The notes under the pieces: model-generated
Told to the model about the DNA's origin: nothing
Database searches by the model: none
Seen by the model: the letters and a program-made list of their open reading frames with translations, nothing else
Position numbers and translations under genes: made by a program
NCBI GenBank assembly: GCA_010909165.1
Contig: MU008197.1
Location: 486,602 to 550,601 of the forward strand
DNA: 64,000 nt
Reading direction: 5' to 3'
Source: Anthoceros angustus
Taxonomy: Eukaryota > Plantae > Anthocerotophyta
Shown here: positions 23,929 to 36,616 of the stretch, piece after piece
Numbering within the stretch: position 1 is the stretch's first letter
How the letters are laid out: each line of letters starts with the position of its first letter

Positions 23929-25955
23929 TTACCCTCTCCTCCGTGGACAATCACAGGCAGTGCCTTGGAATCGAGATCGTATCCCACTGCGGCGCTCACA
24001 GCCGGTGACTTCCCCACCTCGGTTCCTCCTTCGGCGGTGGCGGTTTAGCCACCGTGGTGGTAGTTTCCCCAGTGGTGGCTTGACTCTGCGGTTCTTGTGC
24101 TCTGCCCTTCTTGGTTTGGCCACCTCTCTCTTGACTCGGCTAGCTTCATCTCTCTCGCTTATATCTCTCCTTGACTTCTTGAATTTCTCGGGCGCCATTG
24201 TTTCCATTTGTTCACAGGCTCATGAGACCTCATCTTGAAGCTCCTCGATTGTGGCATCGCCCCTTGACTGATTCACTAAGGCCTCTGTTGGGTGGACATG
24301 GCCTTTGCTCCTGTGCCTTGCATAGGCCGCCTCGCATTCCGTCTGCGCTCCTCTGCCACCTTGTTCTCCTTCCTCTCCAACTTCTCCTTGAGCAACTTTT
24401 CCTGTTGGCCTGCACACTCGGCCGGTGAGAGCCATGGCACTGGTCGAGGAGATCCGCTGCATCGAGCCAGTGCAGATTCCCAATTAGGCTGCCCATTCCC
24501 TTCCACAACAATTCTCGCCTTGGCGGTGTCACTGCCTCCACTTGATGGACGGTCGGTGAAATGTCGCCAAAATGTTAGCTCCGTGGACTTGGCTATCGCA
24601 CTAACCCCTCTTCTTCTAGGGGTTGGTTTGCCACAATCTCCTCATCCGCTCCAATCTCTCCTAGCGGCGACTCCTCCCTGCACAGGGGCACAACTTGTCG
24701 TTCCCTTTTATTTTCTCCTCCTTCACTCGCGTTCCTGCTGGATTTCGACACAGTGACCCTAGGTGTGGCTGTGGGTTCCTCTTACGCCGTGTCCTTCCCT
24801 TCTTGACCCCGTTCGGCCGTCGCCGCCCTCCGCTTCTTGCCCTTGGAAACCTCCCACCTTCATCCGATCTTCTAGGGAGCGCATTCCCAAGCTACTTGGA
24901 ATCCTTCCGGAATCTTCCTTACCTCCTCCTCCTCTACCTTGGTTCACGGCGGTTTCCGGCTATGAAGGCGGAACCACTTCAACTCAGTTAGACACGGAAT
25001 GCGAACACATGAATTAGAAAAGGTGAAATCAAGGAGGGTCGAGGGAAGGGAGAACAAATTCGCCCTCTCCTCAGGCTCTTTCAAGATCATCCGCCCCAAT
25101 CGATTTGTGTACCTTTAACCACCTCATGAAGAAAGACCGAGTAGTGCGCCATATGATCCAACTTCGATTGAAACACAAAATCCACTTGGCTAATCCCACA
25201 GTGCAGAACCACGAGTTGGCGAGTCACCCATCCATTGTTCACTCTCACTTCTCCGGGCTTCATGGCGCGGCCTGCGGCTCGGGGTCTTCTTTCTCTGGGG
25301 GTCAATTACCAAGCTTCCATCCTCTGATGCTTCTCGCCCATACACTGCTCGAAAGAGTCCCAAATCCCAGTTTTGCGGCCTCTTCCTCGCGTCTCCCTCT
25401 TGCAACTTGGTTCTCAATTGCCGGGCGCACTCTTGCACCAATGCTGGGCTGTCGTAACACCATTTCATCTCCATAAATTCCAGACCCAGCTCCTGCACCA
25501 GGCTGCCCGCTCTCACCTTCCAGTGGTCCATGTTGGGCCCATGAGTAAAATTTGCCATCTCTTTCTCCTTGTTTCTTGGAAAGAACCCAACCCTCACCAA
25601 GCCTGGTCGAGAAAAAGGGACACCACCCTCGCGTCTCCTCCACTTGCCTTCTTGTTGGCGCTCTTGCCTCTCTTTTCCTCCTTCTGCCGGTACTGGTTCT
25701 CTTCCTCACCGCCCCGGCGTCGTCCAGCACCTGCAGGAGCGGAGGCTCCGGCGCGGTTGCATCGCGCGCGCGGCTTCTCGGCTCCGCGACAGCACATTCG
25801 CGACCTCGCGGTCTTGGGTGTCTCTCTCTCGGTTGCGCTCCGTCGGCAGCAGCTCCGCCACTAGGGTTGTAAACTCCCCACAGTGCATCGTCCGTTCTTG
25901 ACCACCGTGGTGGGCGGCTACCTCCCGCTTGCGCCATGGCTGGCGGGGTAGGCAC
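23929..25955 (-). pseudogene. Second, divergent copy of the retroelement accessory ORF with a coiled-coil tail
   Basis: PNMDHWKVRAGSLVQEL...WCYDSPALVQECA...PQNWDLGLFRAVYGRE...NNGWV...SKLDHM...QIDWG, followed by EKLLKEKLERKENKVAEERRR. TATA-like CTATATAG at ~25958-25965. Confidence 0.6.
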
Positions 25956-26149
25956 CCCTATATAGACACTTTCTTATTTCTAAAATCACCAAAACCCAAG
26001 GACTCTATCTCAGACCTACCTATCCAGGAATTGAAAAACCTAAGGTTCAAAAAGAAAATTATTATCCCAAGGGCCAAGGACCATTCTCGTATAAAAGACC
26101 TTACAGGCGATTCTCAAAGCACTTTGCTATACAAACACTCCCAAAACAA

Positions 26150-26680
26150 AAATCGTTCATCCAGAGCACTTGAGAGGGGTTAGTGTATATGTGGTCTTCC
26201 ACAACCCCGACCATATCGTGGTCACTGAACACCATGCCCGCACTTTCATGTGGAAGGAACCACCGCCACCGAGCAGCAAGTCCCCACGAGGATAGCCACA
26301 TGACGGCCGCTCCACGCCGTGAGGTGACACCGCCTTCAACTCTTGCAAAGGATCCTTGATGGCCATCAATAGTATTTCTAGTTGTGCACCAAGATGGAGA
26401 CATGAACAAAGCCTCGTGGTCTGAACTACCACTCCACGCCCATTTAGGTTTCCCGGCTAGCTCAAGCATACATATGTCCCTCGCCACATGGCATAGGTAG
26501 CAAGGGAGGCGCCCATGGCATGTTCCGGTGAAGAGCGGGCTACGCGAGGATGACCAAGAGAAAGGTATGGCGTGAAGCGAGGGGCAAGGTGGTGACATTT
26601 AAAGCGGACCACCACCTTCCTGACCACTTGTGCCCCGAGGCCACATCGGGTTGCGGATGAGAGGATCTTGAATTTCAACT
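26150..26680 (-). mobile_element. Possible Gypsy integrase C-terminal remnant (SH3-like/chromodomain region)
   Basis: Frameshifted fragments HHLAPRFTPY, CMLELAG and VHVSIL resemble KLAPRF-GP...Y-L-LP...FHVS-L. Confidence 0.4.
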
Positions 26681-26699
26681 ATTCTTCATGTGACAAAAC

Positions 26700-29435
26700 C
26701 AAACATGGCAAGCTTTGATGGTATGACAATGTGATTTCGTAAATCAATGAGTGTGGTGGCCGTGCTATAGAGGAGCGAGGAATACAGTTTGTTTTCATGT
26801 CTCCTAGGGCTGGAAATCCTTTGCGGCGACGCCATAGATTGTCGAGCCGTCACCTAGCATGGTGCCGAGCCAGGCGTGGATACATTGCTCACGATTACGC
26901 CATGTGACGGCGCATGATTGGGAGAGCGAGTAATGGGAGTCTCGAGCGATGGACATCATTATCTAGGAGAACAGGAATTGGCATATATACGGCAAATTCA
27001 CATACGGGCGGCCTTCATTCACTGGCATAATTGAAGGGCATTTAGTTTTGTGAATGGCTCTCACGTGCCACCCAGTCCTTGCACAATGGTGTAGATGTTG
27101 ATAGATTATTACCGAAGCAGTGGAATACGTACAGATATGCAAACGACCTTCGTATGCAGATAAGATCCTCGATTTGGTGACGCGTTTGACTGAATTTGTA
27201 GCCGATTTGGGGCGATTTGCGGTGAGTCCGAGATCCCGCAAAATTGTTAAAGGCGATCGGGGAATCCTAAAGTGGTGGGGGTAAGCGGGTGGAGGTAAAT
27301 GTGGTGAACTTGTTGATTTGGGGGCACAAGATTGAGGTTGAAATTGCAGGATGCTTGGTGCCCAATGTGCCATTGGATTCGGGATCGAGTCAACTTGATG
27401 GCGGAGCGCTCATCAACTTGGGTTCAAGTTCCACCCAGCCCGAGTGTGGATGGCCGACCAAACAAGAAGGAAGCCATTGGGAGTGTTGAAGAATGTACCC
27501 TGATTGGGGTCTCACCTTCCATCTCACACATTGTGATGCGGCGGTTTAATTTAGGCTACAAGGTTTTGATAGGCGAGCCTTGGTTGTATGGTCGCATGTG
27601 TCTTTGATTTTGGTCGTGGCATCACCTTCAAGTCCATAGGGTAGGACTGCGGTGATCGCTTTTTGTCATGGAGCAAGGCTCCCGGTCGGTGGAGTGCGGG
27701 TATGGGGTAAGCTCCTCGGGCGTGGAAAACTGTCGGGGACCTTGGAGGGTCACGAAATAAAAGTTGATTTGGAGTATTCATGCTTGCACGTAGAGGATGT
27801 CGTAGAAGAGTCAGAAGATGAGGCACATAGAGAGGGAGTAGCCTTTTGGAAGGGTAAAGCCTATGATCGTGATTTTCCTGAGGAGGGATCGGACAGTCTG
27901 CTGGTCAGGAAGGGACATCATGATCCGATCTTGTAGAGGACTTAGAGTTAGAGCCGGCAAGGTAGTCAAGGTTTCTAGGTATCTAGGGCAGGTAGAAAGA
28001 AGAGTTTCGTAGTATGCTTAGGGAGTATGTCGATGTGTTTGCCTTCAAAATTACTGACATGACAGGAATACCGGAAGAACTGGGGATACATCGAATCGAC
28101 TTGAAGGAGGGCAGCACTCCGGTAAGAATCAAGCAGTACAGACTGAACCCCAAGTATTCCATGGTCGTTAAGGATCAGCTCGACCAATATTTGGAGGCAG
28201 GAGTAATCTACCCGGTGCTCACTAGCGAGTGGGTCGCACCTATCGTGATTGTACCAAAGAAGCAGCAGGGAAAGGTTCGGGTATGCCAAGATTTTAGGAA
28301 GCTCAACGAGGCCAAGAAGGATCATCACCCTTTGCCTTTCATGGACAGTGTGCTGGACACGGTAGCCGGACATGAGATGTATAGTTTCTTGGACGGATAT
28401 TAGGTTACAATCAATTTTGGAAGGAAGATCAGGACAAGACAACATTCACAACGGATTGGGGAACCTACGCTTATTCAAAACTCCCTTTCGGGTTGTGTAA
28501 TGCCCTGCTACTTTTCAGCGGGTAGTGAATGCCATATTCCGAGATTTTCTGAGGAAGTTTATGGAGGTATTCCTAGATGATTTCTGCGTGTTCGGAAGGA
28601 GACTGCATCTAGATCATTTGAGACAATGTTTCCAGAAATGCAGAGAGTCGAACATGAAACTTCATCCGGGGAAGTGTTATTTTGGTATGACGGAGGGCAT
28701 TTTGTTAGCACATCGAGTCTCTGTACGAGGGTTGCAGGTAGATAAGGAGAAAGTAGCAGTTATAGCTGAGATGGACGCACCACAAACGGTGAGACAGGTG
28801 CGTGCTTTTGTAGGGCTGGTAGGATATTACAGGAGGTTCATCAAGGATTTTGCTAAGAAGGCAGCCTTGTTAATTGACCAAGAAGCGGAGGAAAGGTTCG
28901 GGTATGTGAGTAGGAAGCTCAATGAAGGCCAAGAAGGATCATCACCCTTGCCTTTCATGGACAATGTCGGACACTGCGGACATGAGATATACGGATGGTA
29001 CAATCGTTATCTCTTGAGGAAGGAGGGACAAGACAACATTCTGATTGGGGAACCTACGCTTATTCAAACTCCCTTCGGGTTGTGCAATGCCCTGCCACTT
29101 TCAGCGGGTAGTGAATGCCACCGAGATTTTTACGGAAGTTTATGGAGGTATTCTAGATGATTTTCGTGTTGGAAGGAGACGCATCTAGATCATTTGAGAC
29201 AATGTTTCCAAATGCAGAGTCGAACATGAAACTTCATCCGGGAAGTGTTATTTTGGTATGACGGAGGGCATTTTGTTAGCACATCGTCTCTGTATTGCGG
29301 TAGATAAGGAGAAAGTAGCAATTATAGTGAGATGGACGCACACAAGCGGTGAGGCGGTGCGTGCTTTTGTAGGGCTGGTAGGATATTACAGGAGGTTCAT
29401 CAAGGATTTTGCTAAGAAGGCAGCCTTGTTGTTGA
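26700..29435 (+). mobile_element. Ty3/Gypsy pol remnant (protease, RT, start of the RT-RNase H linker), RT segment duplicated
   Basis: Protease VPLDSGS (~27370). RT motifs HRIDL, SEWVAPIVIVPKK, RVCQDFRKLN, YSFLDGY, PFGLCNA, VFLDDF, RAFVGLVGYYRRFIKDF (28014-28870). A degraded second copy lies at 28890-29430. Confidence 0.92.
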
Positions 29436-30475
29436 CAAGGATACCCGAATGGATAGAATGGACCAGCGGTGAAGGGGACAGTGGCGCCAGCGTTACAACC
29501 ACCGGATTGGGGAAATCTCCTCCGGCGTGTGTGTCGCCGGTAGGTGGTCGTGGCTCTCCTCCTTCGCCTCACCCTCGACCTTGCGCCCGCCTGCTCCCAA
29601 CCTCGCCTCGCCTTGTCCCCTCCAATGCTTGCGTTGAGAAGACTTCCTCCTTCGCGCCAACGCCGGTGCCACTGCTTTCTCCTTTCCTTCTCCCGCTGGC
29701 CACAGGGCTAGGGTTCTTCCTCCTCCTCACCGTGCAATCCTGCCTCTTCCTTCTCCGAGCTCGTGATGGCGCTTATGAGGACAACCTTCCTTCTCACGCT
29801 CCAACTCCAGCTCTAGCTCTTCGAAGTGGAGGGAGCGTAAAATCGCACTTTGCCCTCTTTGGATGGTCACACCGAGGCTTCACAACCCTAGATTTGTGTC
29901 ATCATNTCAGGTAACATCAAATGTAATAATATCTGAAAAGACGATTTAAAAAGGCTTCCGTTAATAAGCTCATCGGATTACATAGATGTTGAAGAACATC
30001 TATTCAATAAAGGCTTTTACATTTCCACTGCTTGCACCTCAAACATTCTTAAAACATCCTTATCGCCAGCCGTAAATGTTTTTCACCAGCGATCTGCGCA
30101 ATTTCATCGGGTGATTCTGCCAATATGATTAACGCATTAAAACAAGGGGATACAAGAGAGGAAGATGCCCATCATCTTCATCCCAGGATCATCTTAAGCG
30201 ACTTTGCTCCTTTGATGATATGATCTCTACTAATAACAACAATTATTTTTCTTTTGCAGTTTGACACATCCAATGAAGGATATCGTATGCTATGGTACGC
30301 TCGAGGCTTGTCCATCTCCTCCACATATATATACAATGCCTGCTTTCCCATGTGCACTTTGCACTCATATCCAACGAGAGAAGATGCCAAAATCGCATAT
30401 ATACATATGTATGTAGGTTCGCGCAACATGCTATTGGAAAGTCAGCTGTGTCCACTAGAATCTTACGAGAATCTA

Positions 30476-30860
30476 GACTCACTTGCTTCTTCTTCCTTAA
30501 GCTTCTCCTCGAACTAGCTTTGCATGTCTTAGCTCTATATCTGTGACGTAGTTTGGAGGTGAGTTGAAGAACAGAGAATCTACCAAGACCAAATTTTAAA
30601 GGCTATATATGCGATCCCACACACCAAAATTATTATCGGACTCACTTGCTTCGTCCCTTGAGCTAGCTTTGCAAGGCCTAGAGCTCTATATCCTGCGTGA
30701 CGTAGTTTGGAGGTGAGTTGAAGAACACCGAATCTGCCAAGCCCAAATTTGTAAAGGCTATATATGCGATCCCACACACCAAAATAATCATCGACTCACT
30801 TGCTTCTTCCCTTGAGTTTCGCTCGAGCTAGCTTTTCAAGGCCTAGAGCTCTATATCCCG
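30476..30860. repeat. ~155-bp tandem repeat, about 2.5 units (also at 34189-34575)
   Basis: GACTCACTTGCTTC starts at 30476, 30639 and 30793, and at 34189, 34355 and 34506. Confidence 0.9.
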
Positions 30861-30959
30861 TGGTGGAGTAGCTATCGGAGGTTCGACATCATCCGTATTC
30901 CAGTTGTAGGTAGCAATTGCGGTGGGATGGATGCGGAGGTGGAAGGGTGTGAGACAAGG

Positions 30960-32052
30960 ATGGATGCCGAGGAGGTGGAGATGAATGGAGTGACCGCCAC
31001 GACATTGTGATGACGATCCGCAAAGGTGCGTGCCGAGCTGCGATTGCGCACGGTGTGCAGAGAGTTGAACAAGGCCGTGTTGTCGCCCTTGTTGTTGAAG
31101 GAGCGGTGGAATTGCGAGCGGAGAACGGATTGGATGTTTTCGTGTGCTTTACAACCCACGCGGCAAAGCCTCGTCGTCACGACCGCCTCCAACGCTGGTA
31201 CAAGCTCCGACTCGTCGTGGATGCCACCCAAGCGTCGGACCAGTCCGTCACGCGCCGGAACAGGCCACGGACGTGGGGAGCTCCCAAGTAGCGGCATGCG
31301 GCGTTTGCTCATGTCTCATCATGAGCGTAAGGCGGGGCGGATGGCCATCCGCACTTGGGCAACCGGCGCTCGACCTGCCGGCTCTCGGGTGACTGCGGCT
31401 CCATCATGTGCGGGGCGTGTGGATGCCAAAGCGCGCTCCCTCCGGGTGGCGGTGAATCCGTGAGTAGCGGTGGGAGAACATGGACAAACTGTCGACCTTC
31501 GTCTTGACTCGCTTTGGAGGTGGAGTGAGACAACCGGCCATGGACGTGCTTGTCGCTTTCGATATGGGGTACGGAGTGTGGGCAGCGTGCTTTCACGTGC
31601 CTCATGAGGATGTCGCAGTCGCAATCGGCGTCAGCGGGGCGGGCTTGGAGCTATATGATTCTGCAAGCCTAGTGCAGATTCCAAGTTCTTAAATGCAAGG
31701 GACACTTCAACATGCGAGACCGCTTTGTGCGTGGCCATAGGGTGATTCCAGGACTGCCCATGTTTGAAGTGTGTGGGAGCTAGATTTTGCGAGCATGTCC
31801 GACGGTGATGGCCACCATGCCCGCTTCCATCTTCTTGAATTACGCCAGCCGTCGGACGACCATATGTCTTTTCATATGAGAGTCGTGGCGGGCCGGACAG
31901 TATATCTCATGCACGATAACGAGGGCAAGGTGGTGTCGAGCGACAAACGCGCTGTGGAGGTGGCTTCTCCTACCATACGCACCGCAGTGAGCACCAGTTT
32001 CGCTGGATCCTTGGCGATTTCGCCACCGGAAGCAACAAAGAAGGATAAATAA
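30960..32052 (+). pseudogene. F-box protein gene (F-box plus putative beta-rich C-terminal domain), copy A, frameshifted
   Basis: ELRLRTVCRELNKAVLSPLLL matches the F-box C-terminal half (L.R.R.VC+.W...+.SP.F). Downstream fragments RWYKL, VAACG, VAVNP, LELYDS and VWELDFASMS resemble plant F-box-associated domains. No intron is evident. Confidence 0.7.
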
Positions 32053-33952
32053 TTAGAACAACGAACATGCCTAGCTGTTAGCTTGTTTTCAGTTTGAGAG
32101 ACTCCTCTCAAACTGTTTGCATCCTTCCGTCTGCTGCAACATTGGTCTATGCTTCAAACTGTCCGCAGCAATCTGCCCTTGTGTAGCGCTGGGCTAGCTA
32201 CAATTAAATATTAAATTAAGCTTTCACTAAAGAGCAGCCGCAGCGTCGAACATCATTTCTTTCCTTCCGCGCATTTGCACAGCAGCAACATCACACCAAC
32301 GAACGTTCACGTTAACGCTTAACGCTTGGTGAGTGATCATCGCAGAGAGAAATGAGAACGAAACATTTTTTTACATGATAAAAGGCATTCACTCCATGCT
32401 CCTCAAATTCCAAACATCGATCGTCACACCGACTCCTTTGGAATCACGTGGTACCATGTCGCACTCATGTCTTTGAAACCAACTTGCAAATCATCATCTT
32501 CGATATGGCGATCGAGCGAGCAACTCGCAAGATGAGTTCCGAGCCCACTTTTTCCGATCGTGAGTGCAAGGGCTGAAATATGCCGGGCAGGCCGGGTAGA
32601 TTCTACGTTCGGAAGCGTGGAAGGATGAAGTGCATCGTGTCAATGTGAGCATACTCGAGCTCAGAGCGCCGGTGCAAGAATGGTCAGGTGTGATCAAAAC
32701 ATGGTTCTAGTGTTCGAAGACAGGTGAATGTAGATTCGGAGGAAGGGCAAGCTCATAGGCCATGTGGCCAATGCGGAGGATACTTGAAGGGACCAACAAA
32801 ACGAGGGGAAATTCTAAATCCTGTGAAGGGATAAATTCAGCGCATAAAGAAGACATAGGTACCAAATCGCAAATTCTGAGGACGACGGCGATGATTGCGA
32901 CTTTTTTTGGGTTCCATGGGCAAACCGACGAAATATCGCGACACGCTATGAGAAAATCGATACAAGAGACACAAGCAAAAGGCAAGGTAAAGCAACGCAT
33001 GGGGTGAAAACCTTTGTTGAACAAGAATGGAGTAACTGGGTTGAGGCGTTAGGGCGTTGTTGTAGGCAAACTCAACGAGGTGGAGAAAGTCCACCACCGA
33101 GTTTGGTGCACACCGCATAAGCACGGAGTATATCCTCTAAAACTTGATTAGCTCAGTAGCACCATAGCACCGTCGAGGATAAAAGGCGTGAAGAGCTGGG
33201 TGCAAGACACAATGAACCGCTTGCCGGTTGGACGAAACCCGAATCATGATCGCTCAAGAGAGCGAGGGAGGCCATGGGCACGATAAACCACTTTCCAATA
33301 AGTCAGCTTGTTCAAGAGAGCATGTCTCAAGAGTGGAGGCAAGGAGCACTTGATGAGTAAGCTTATTCGTGAAGACCAAAGAACGCATCAAAGCCGAGCA
33401 TTGCAGGCAATCCTATGAAGTCAAGTGTGACTTGCTCCTGAAGGGCGTAAGGGTTGGACAGCCGGCAAGGCACAGACAAGCTTTAGCATTGCATAGTTGC
33501 AAAGGAGGACATAATCCTGGACGCCCCGATTGAGCCAAAAATAGAGCCGATTGAGAGGTAGTAAGATTTATGACTGTAGATGGAACATCGTGGGCTTCGT
33601 AAATCAAAGCCCGCAAATATGGGGAACTTAAGGGATGTCATACCAGTGTGACACTACTCTGCACTTGGGTTTAGTGTTTGATTAGCATTAATTAATCTAA
33701 TGACTTGTCTTTATAATTAGTATTAATTAATCTAAAGCTTTATATTAATTAAGTATTGATTAGTGTTAATGAAACATGGTTAGCAATAGCTAACGGATGG
33801 CTTTCAAGGTCACTAAGCATAGGGCAATGCATGCAAGCCACCTCTTCATCCCACTTGATGGATTGCTCCTATCTATAGCAATCCTTGCGATCTTCCTTGA
33901 TGTCCTTTCATAGATGGCTGACCCCAATCTATTCTCTTTCTTTAATAAAACC

Positions 33953-36409
33953 AATTATTTTTCTCCCATGTGCGTTTGCATTCACATCCAATGAAGGATA
34001 TCGTATGCTATGGCACGCCTCGAGGCTTGTCCATCTCCTCCACATATATATACAATGCCCGCTTTCCCATGTGCACTTTGCACTCATATCCAACGTAGAA
34101 GATGCCAAAATCGCATATATACATATGTATGTAGGTTCCGCAACATGCTATTGGAAAGCTGCTTGTCCACTAGAATCTTACGAATCTAGACTCACTTGCT
34201 TCTTCTTCCTTAAGCTTCTCCCTCGAACTAGCTTTGCATGTCTTAGCTCTATATCATGGCGTAGTTTGGAGGTGAGTTGAAGAACACCGAGAATCTACCA
34301 AGACCAAATTTTAAAGGCTATATATGTGCGATCCCACACACCAAAATTATTATCGACTCACTTGCTTCGTCCCTTGAGCTAGCTTTGCAAGGCCTAGAGC
34401 TCTATATCCTGTGACGTAGTTTGGAGGTGAGTTGAAGAACACCGAGAATCCAAGCCCAAATTTGTAAAGGCTATATATGCGATCCCACACACCAAAATAA
34501 TCATCGACTCACTTGCTTCTTCCCTTGAGTTTCGCCTCGAGCTAGCTTTTCAAGGCCTAGAGCTCTATATCCGTGGTCGGAGTGGGTAGCTATCGGAGGT
34601 TCGACATCATCCGTATTCCGTTGTAGGTTGTAGCAATTGCGGGTGTGGGATGGATGCGGAGGTGGAAGGGTGTGAGACAAGGATGGATGCCGAGGAGGGT
34701 GGAGATGAATGGAGTGACTGCCTCACGACATTGTGATGACGATCGGGGTGCCGTGCCGAGCCTGCTGATTGCGCACGGTGTGAGAGTTGAACAAGGCCGT
34801 GTTGTCGCCTTGTTGTTGAAGGAGCGGGTGGAATTGCGGGAGAACGGATTGGATGCTTTTCGTGGCTTTACAACCTCTGCAAAGCCTCGTGCGTCTCGAC
34901 CGCCCAACCGGCTGGTACAAGCTCACTCGTCGGATGCCACCAAGCCGCGGGTCGGACCAGTCCCGACGCCGGGCAAAGCGGCCACGGACGTGGGTTTTGG
35001 AGCTCCCAAGTAGCGGCATGGCTCATGTCTCATGTCGGCGGTATAAGGGCGGATGGCCATCCCGCACTTGGGCAACCGGTGCAGCGCCTGGACCCGGTGC
35101 CGGCCTCCCGGGTGACTTGCGGCTCCATCATGTGCGGGCGTGGGTGGACGCCAAAGCGCGCTCCCTCAAGCTGGTGGCGGTGAATCCAGGAGTCGGTGGG
35201 GTAGCGGTATGGAGAACATGGACAAACTCAGGTCGACCTTCGCCTTCGACTCCGCTTTGGAGGTGGAGTGAGACAACTGCCATGGACGTGCTTGTTCGCG
35301 ACGCTGTTCGATATGGGGTACGGAGTGTTTGTGGGCGCGTGCTCACGTGCCTCATGAGGATGTCGTAGCAATCTGGGCGTCTTCAAGCGGCGGGCTTGGA
35401 GCTATGATTCTGCAAGCCTAGTGTGATTCCAAGTTCTTAAATGCAAGGGACACTTCAACATGCGAGACCGCTGCGGCGTGGCCATAGGTGATTCGGGATC
35501 GCCCGCCCATGTTTGAAGTGTGTGGAGCTAGATTTTGCGAGCATGTCCTGACGGTGATGGCCACCATGCCCGCTTCCATCTTCACCGACGCCGCCAGCCG
35601 TCGGACGACCATATGTCTTTTCATATGAGAGTCGTGGGCCGGACGTATATCTCATGCCCGATAATGAGGGCAAGGTGGTGGGTGTCGATGCGACAAGCGC
35701 TGCGGTTTTGGAGGTGGCTTCCTCCTACCCGCATACACGCAATTTGTGAGCACCAGGTGTTTTCGCTCGGATCCTTGGATTTCGCCATGGAAGCAACAAA
35801 GAAGGATAAATAATTAGAACAACGAACATGCCTAGTTGTTAGCTTGTTTTCGCTTTGAGAGACTCCTCTCAAACTGCTTTTGCATCCTTCCGGCCGCAAC
35901 ATTGGTCTATGCTTCAAACCGTCCGCAGACCGCCTTGTGTAGTGGGCTAGCTACAATTAAATATTAAATTAAGCTTTCACTAAAGAGTAGCAGAACATCA
36001 TTTCTTTCCTTCCGCGCGCATTTGCACGGAACATCACACCAACGAACGCTCACGTTAACGCGTTGGTGAGCCGATCATCGCAGAGAGAGAAATGAGAAAC
36101 ATTTTTTACATGATAAAGGCATTCACTCCATGCTCCTCAAATTCCAAACATCGATCGTCGACCCCTGGAATCACGTGGTACCATGTCGCTACCATGTCTT
36201 TTGAAACCAACTTGCAAATCATCATCTTCGATATGGCGATCGAGCGAGCAACTGCAAGATGAGTTCTTTTTTTTCCGATCGTGAGTGCAAGGGGCTTTGA
36301 AATATGCCCGGCAGCCGGTAGATTCTATTGTCGCTCGGAAGCGTGAAGGATGAAGTGCATCGTGTCAATGTGAGCATACTCGAGCTCAGAGGCCAAAAGA
36401 CCGGTCAGG
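33953..36409 (-). mobile_element. Copy B of the F-box-carrying unit, left part (split by Copia 2)
   Basis: Colinear with 30241-32690. The F-box copy is at ~34683-35813 (+). The match stops at GGTCAGG, the Copia 2 LTR edge. Confidence 0.88.
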
Positions 36410-36616
36410 TGATCGGAATGAATCATGGTCGATTGCATCAAGGATCGCCAAAGTGTATCTTATTAAGAATGCAATAATACAATGAATAATAATAATCGTT
36501 GGGTAGGCTATCTACTAAGCATAGGTGACTCTTCACTAAGTAACCATCAAGTAAATAACCTAAATATAAATAACCTAATGGTAAACCCTAAGCGGGTAAG
36601 ATTAAATACTCTAACA
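36410..36616 (-). repeat. 3' LTR of Copia 2
   Basis: TGATCGGAATGAATCATGG...TACTCTAACA, matching 46159-46366, with the PPT adjacent. Confidence 0.93.

Larger units (their letters stand above)
30241..33952 (-). mobile_element. Copy A of a ~3.7 kb Gypsy-derived repeat unit (putative LTR, PBS-like site, integrase remnant, antisense F-box gene)
   Basis: The unit recurs in tandem from 33953 and inverted at 61789-64000. The minus strand reads GTGTCACA-C-TGGTATGAC at 33654-33637, then integrase fragments LRALIYEAHDVP, VTLDFI, LHLVEFAYNNA, AYELALPPNL. Confidence 0.8.
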
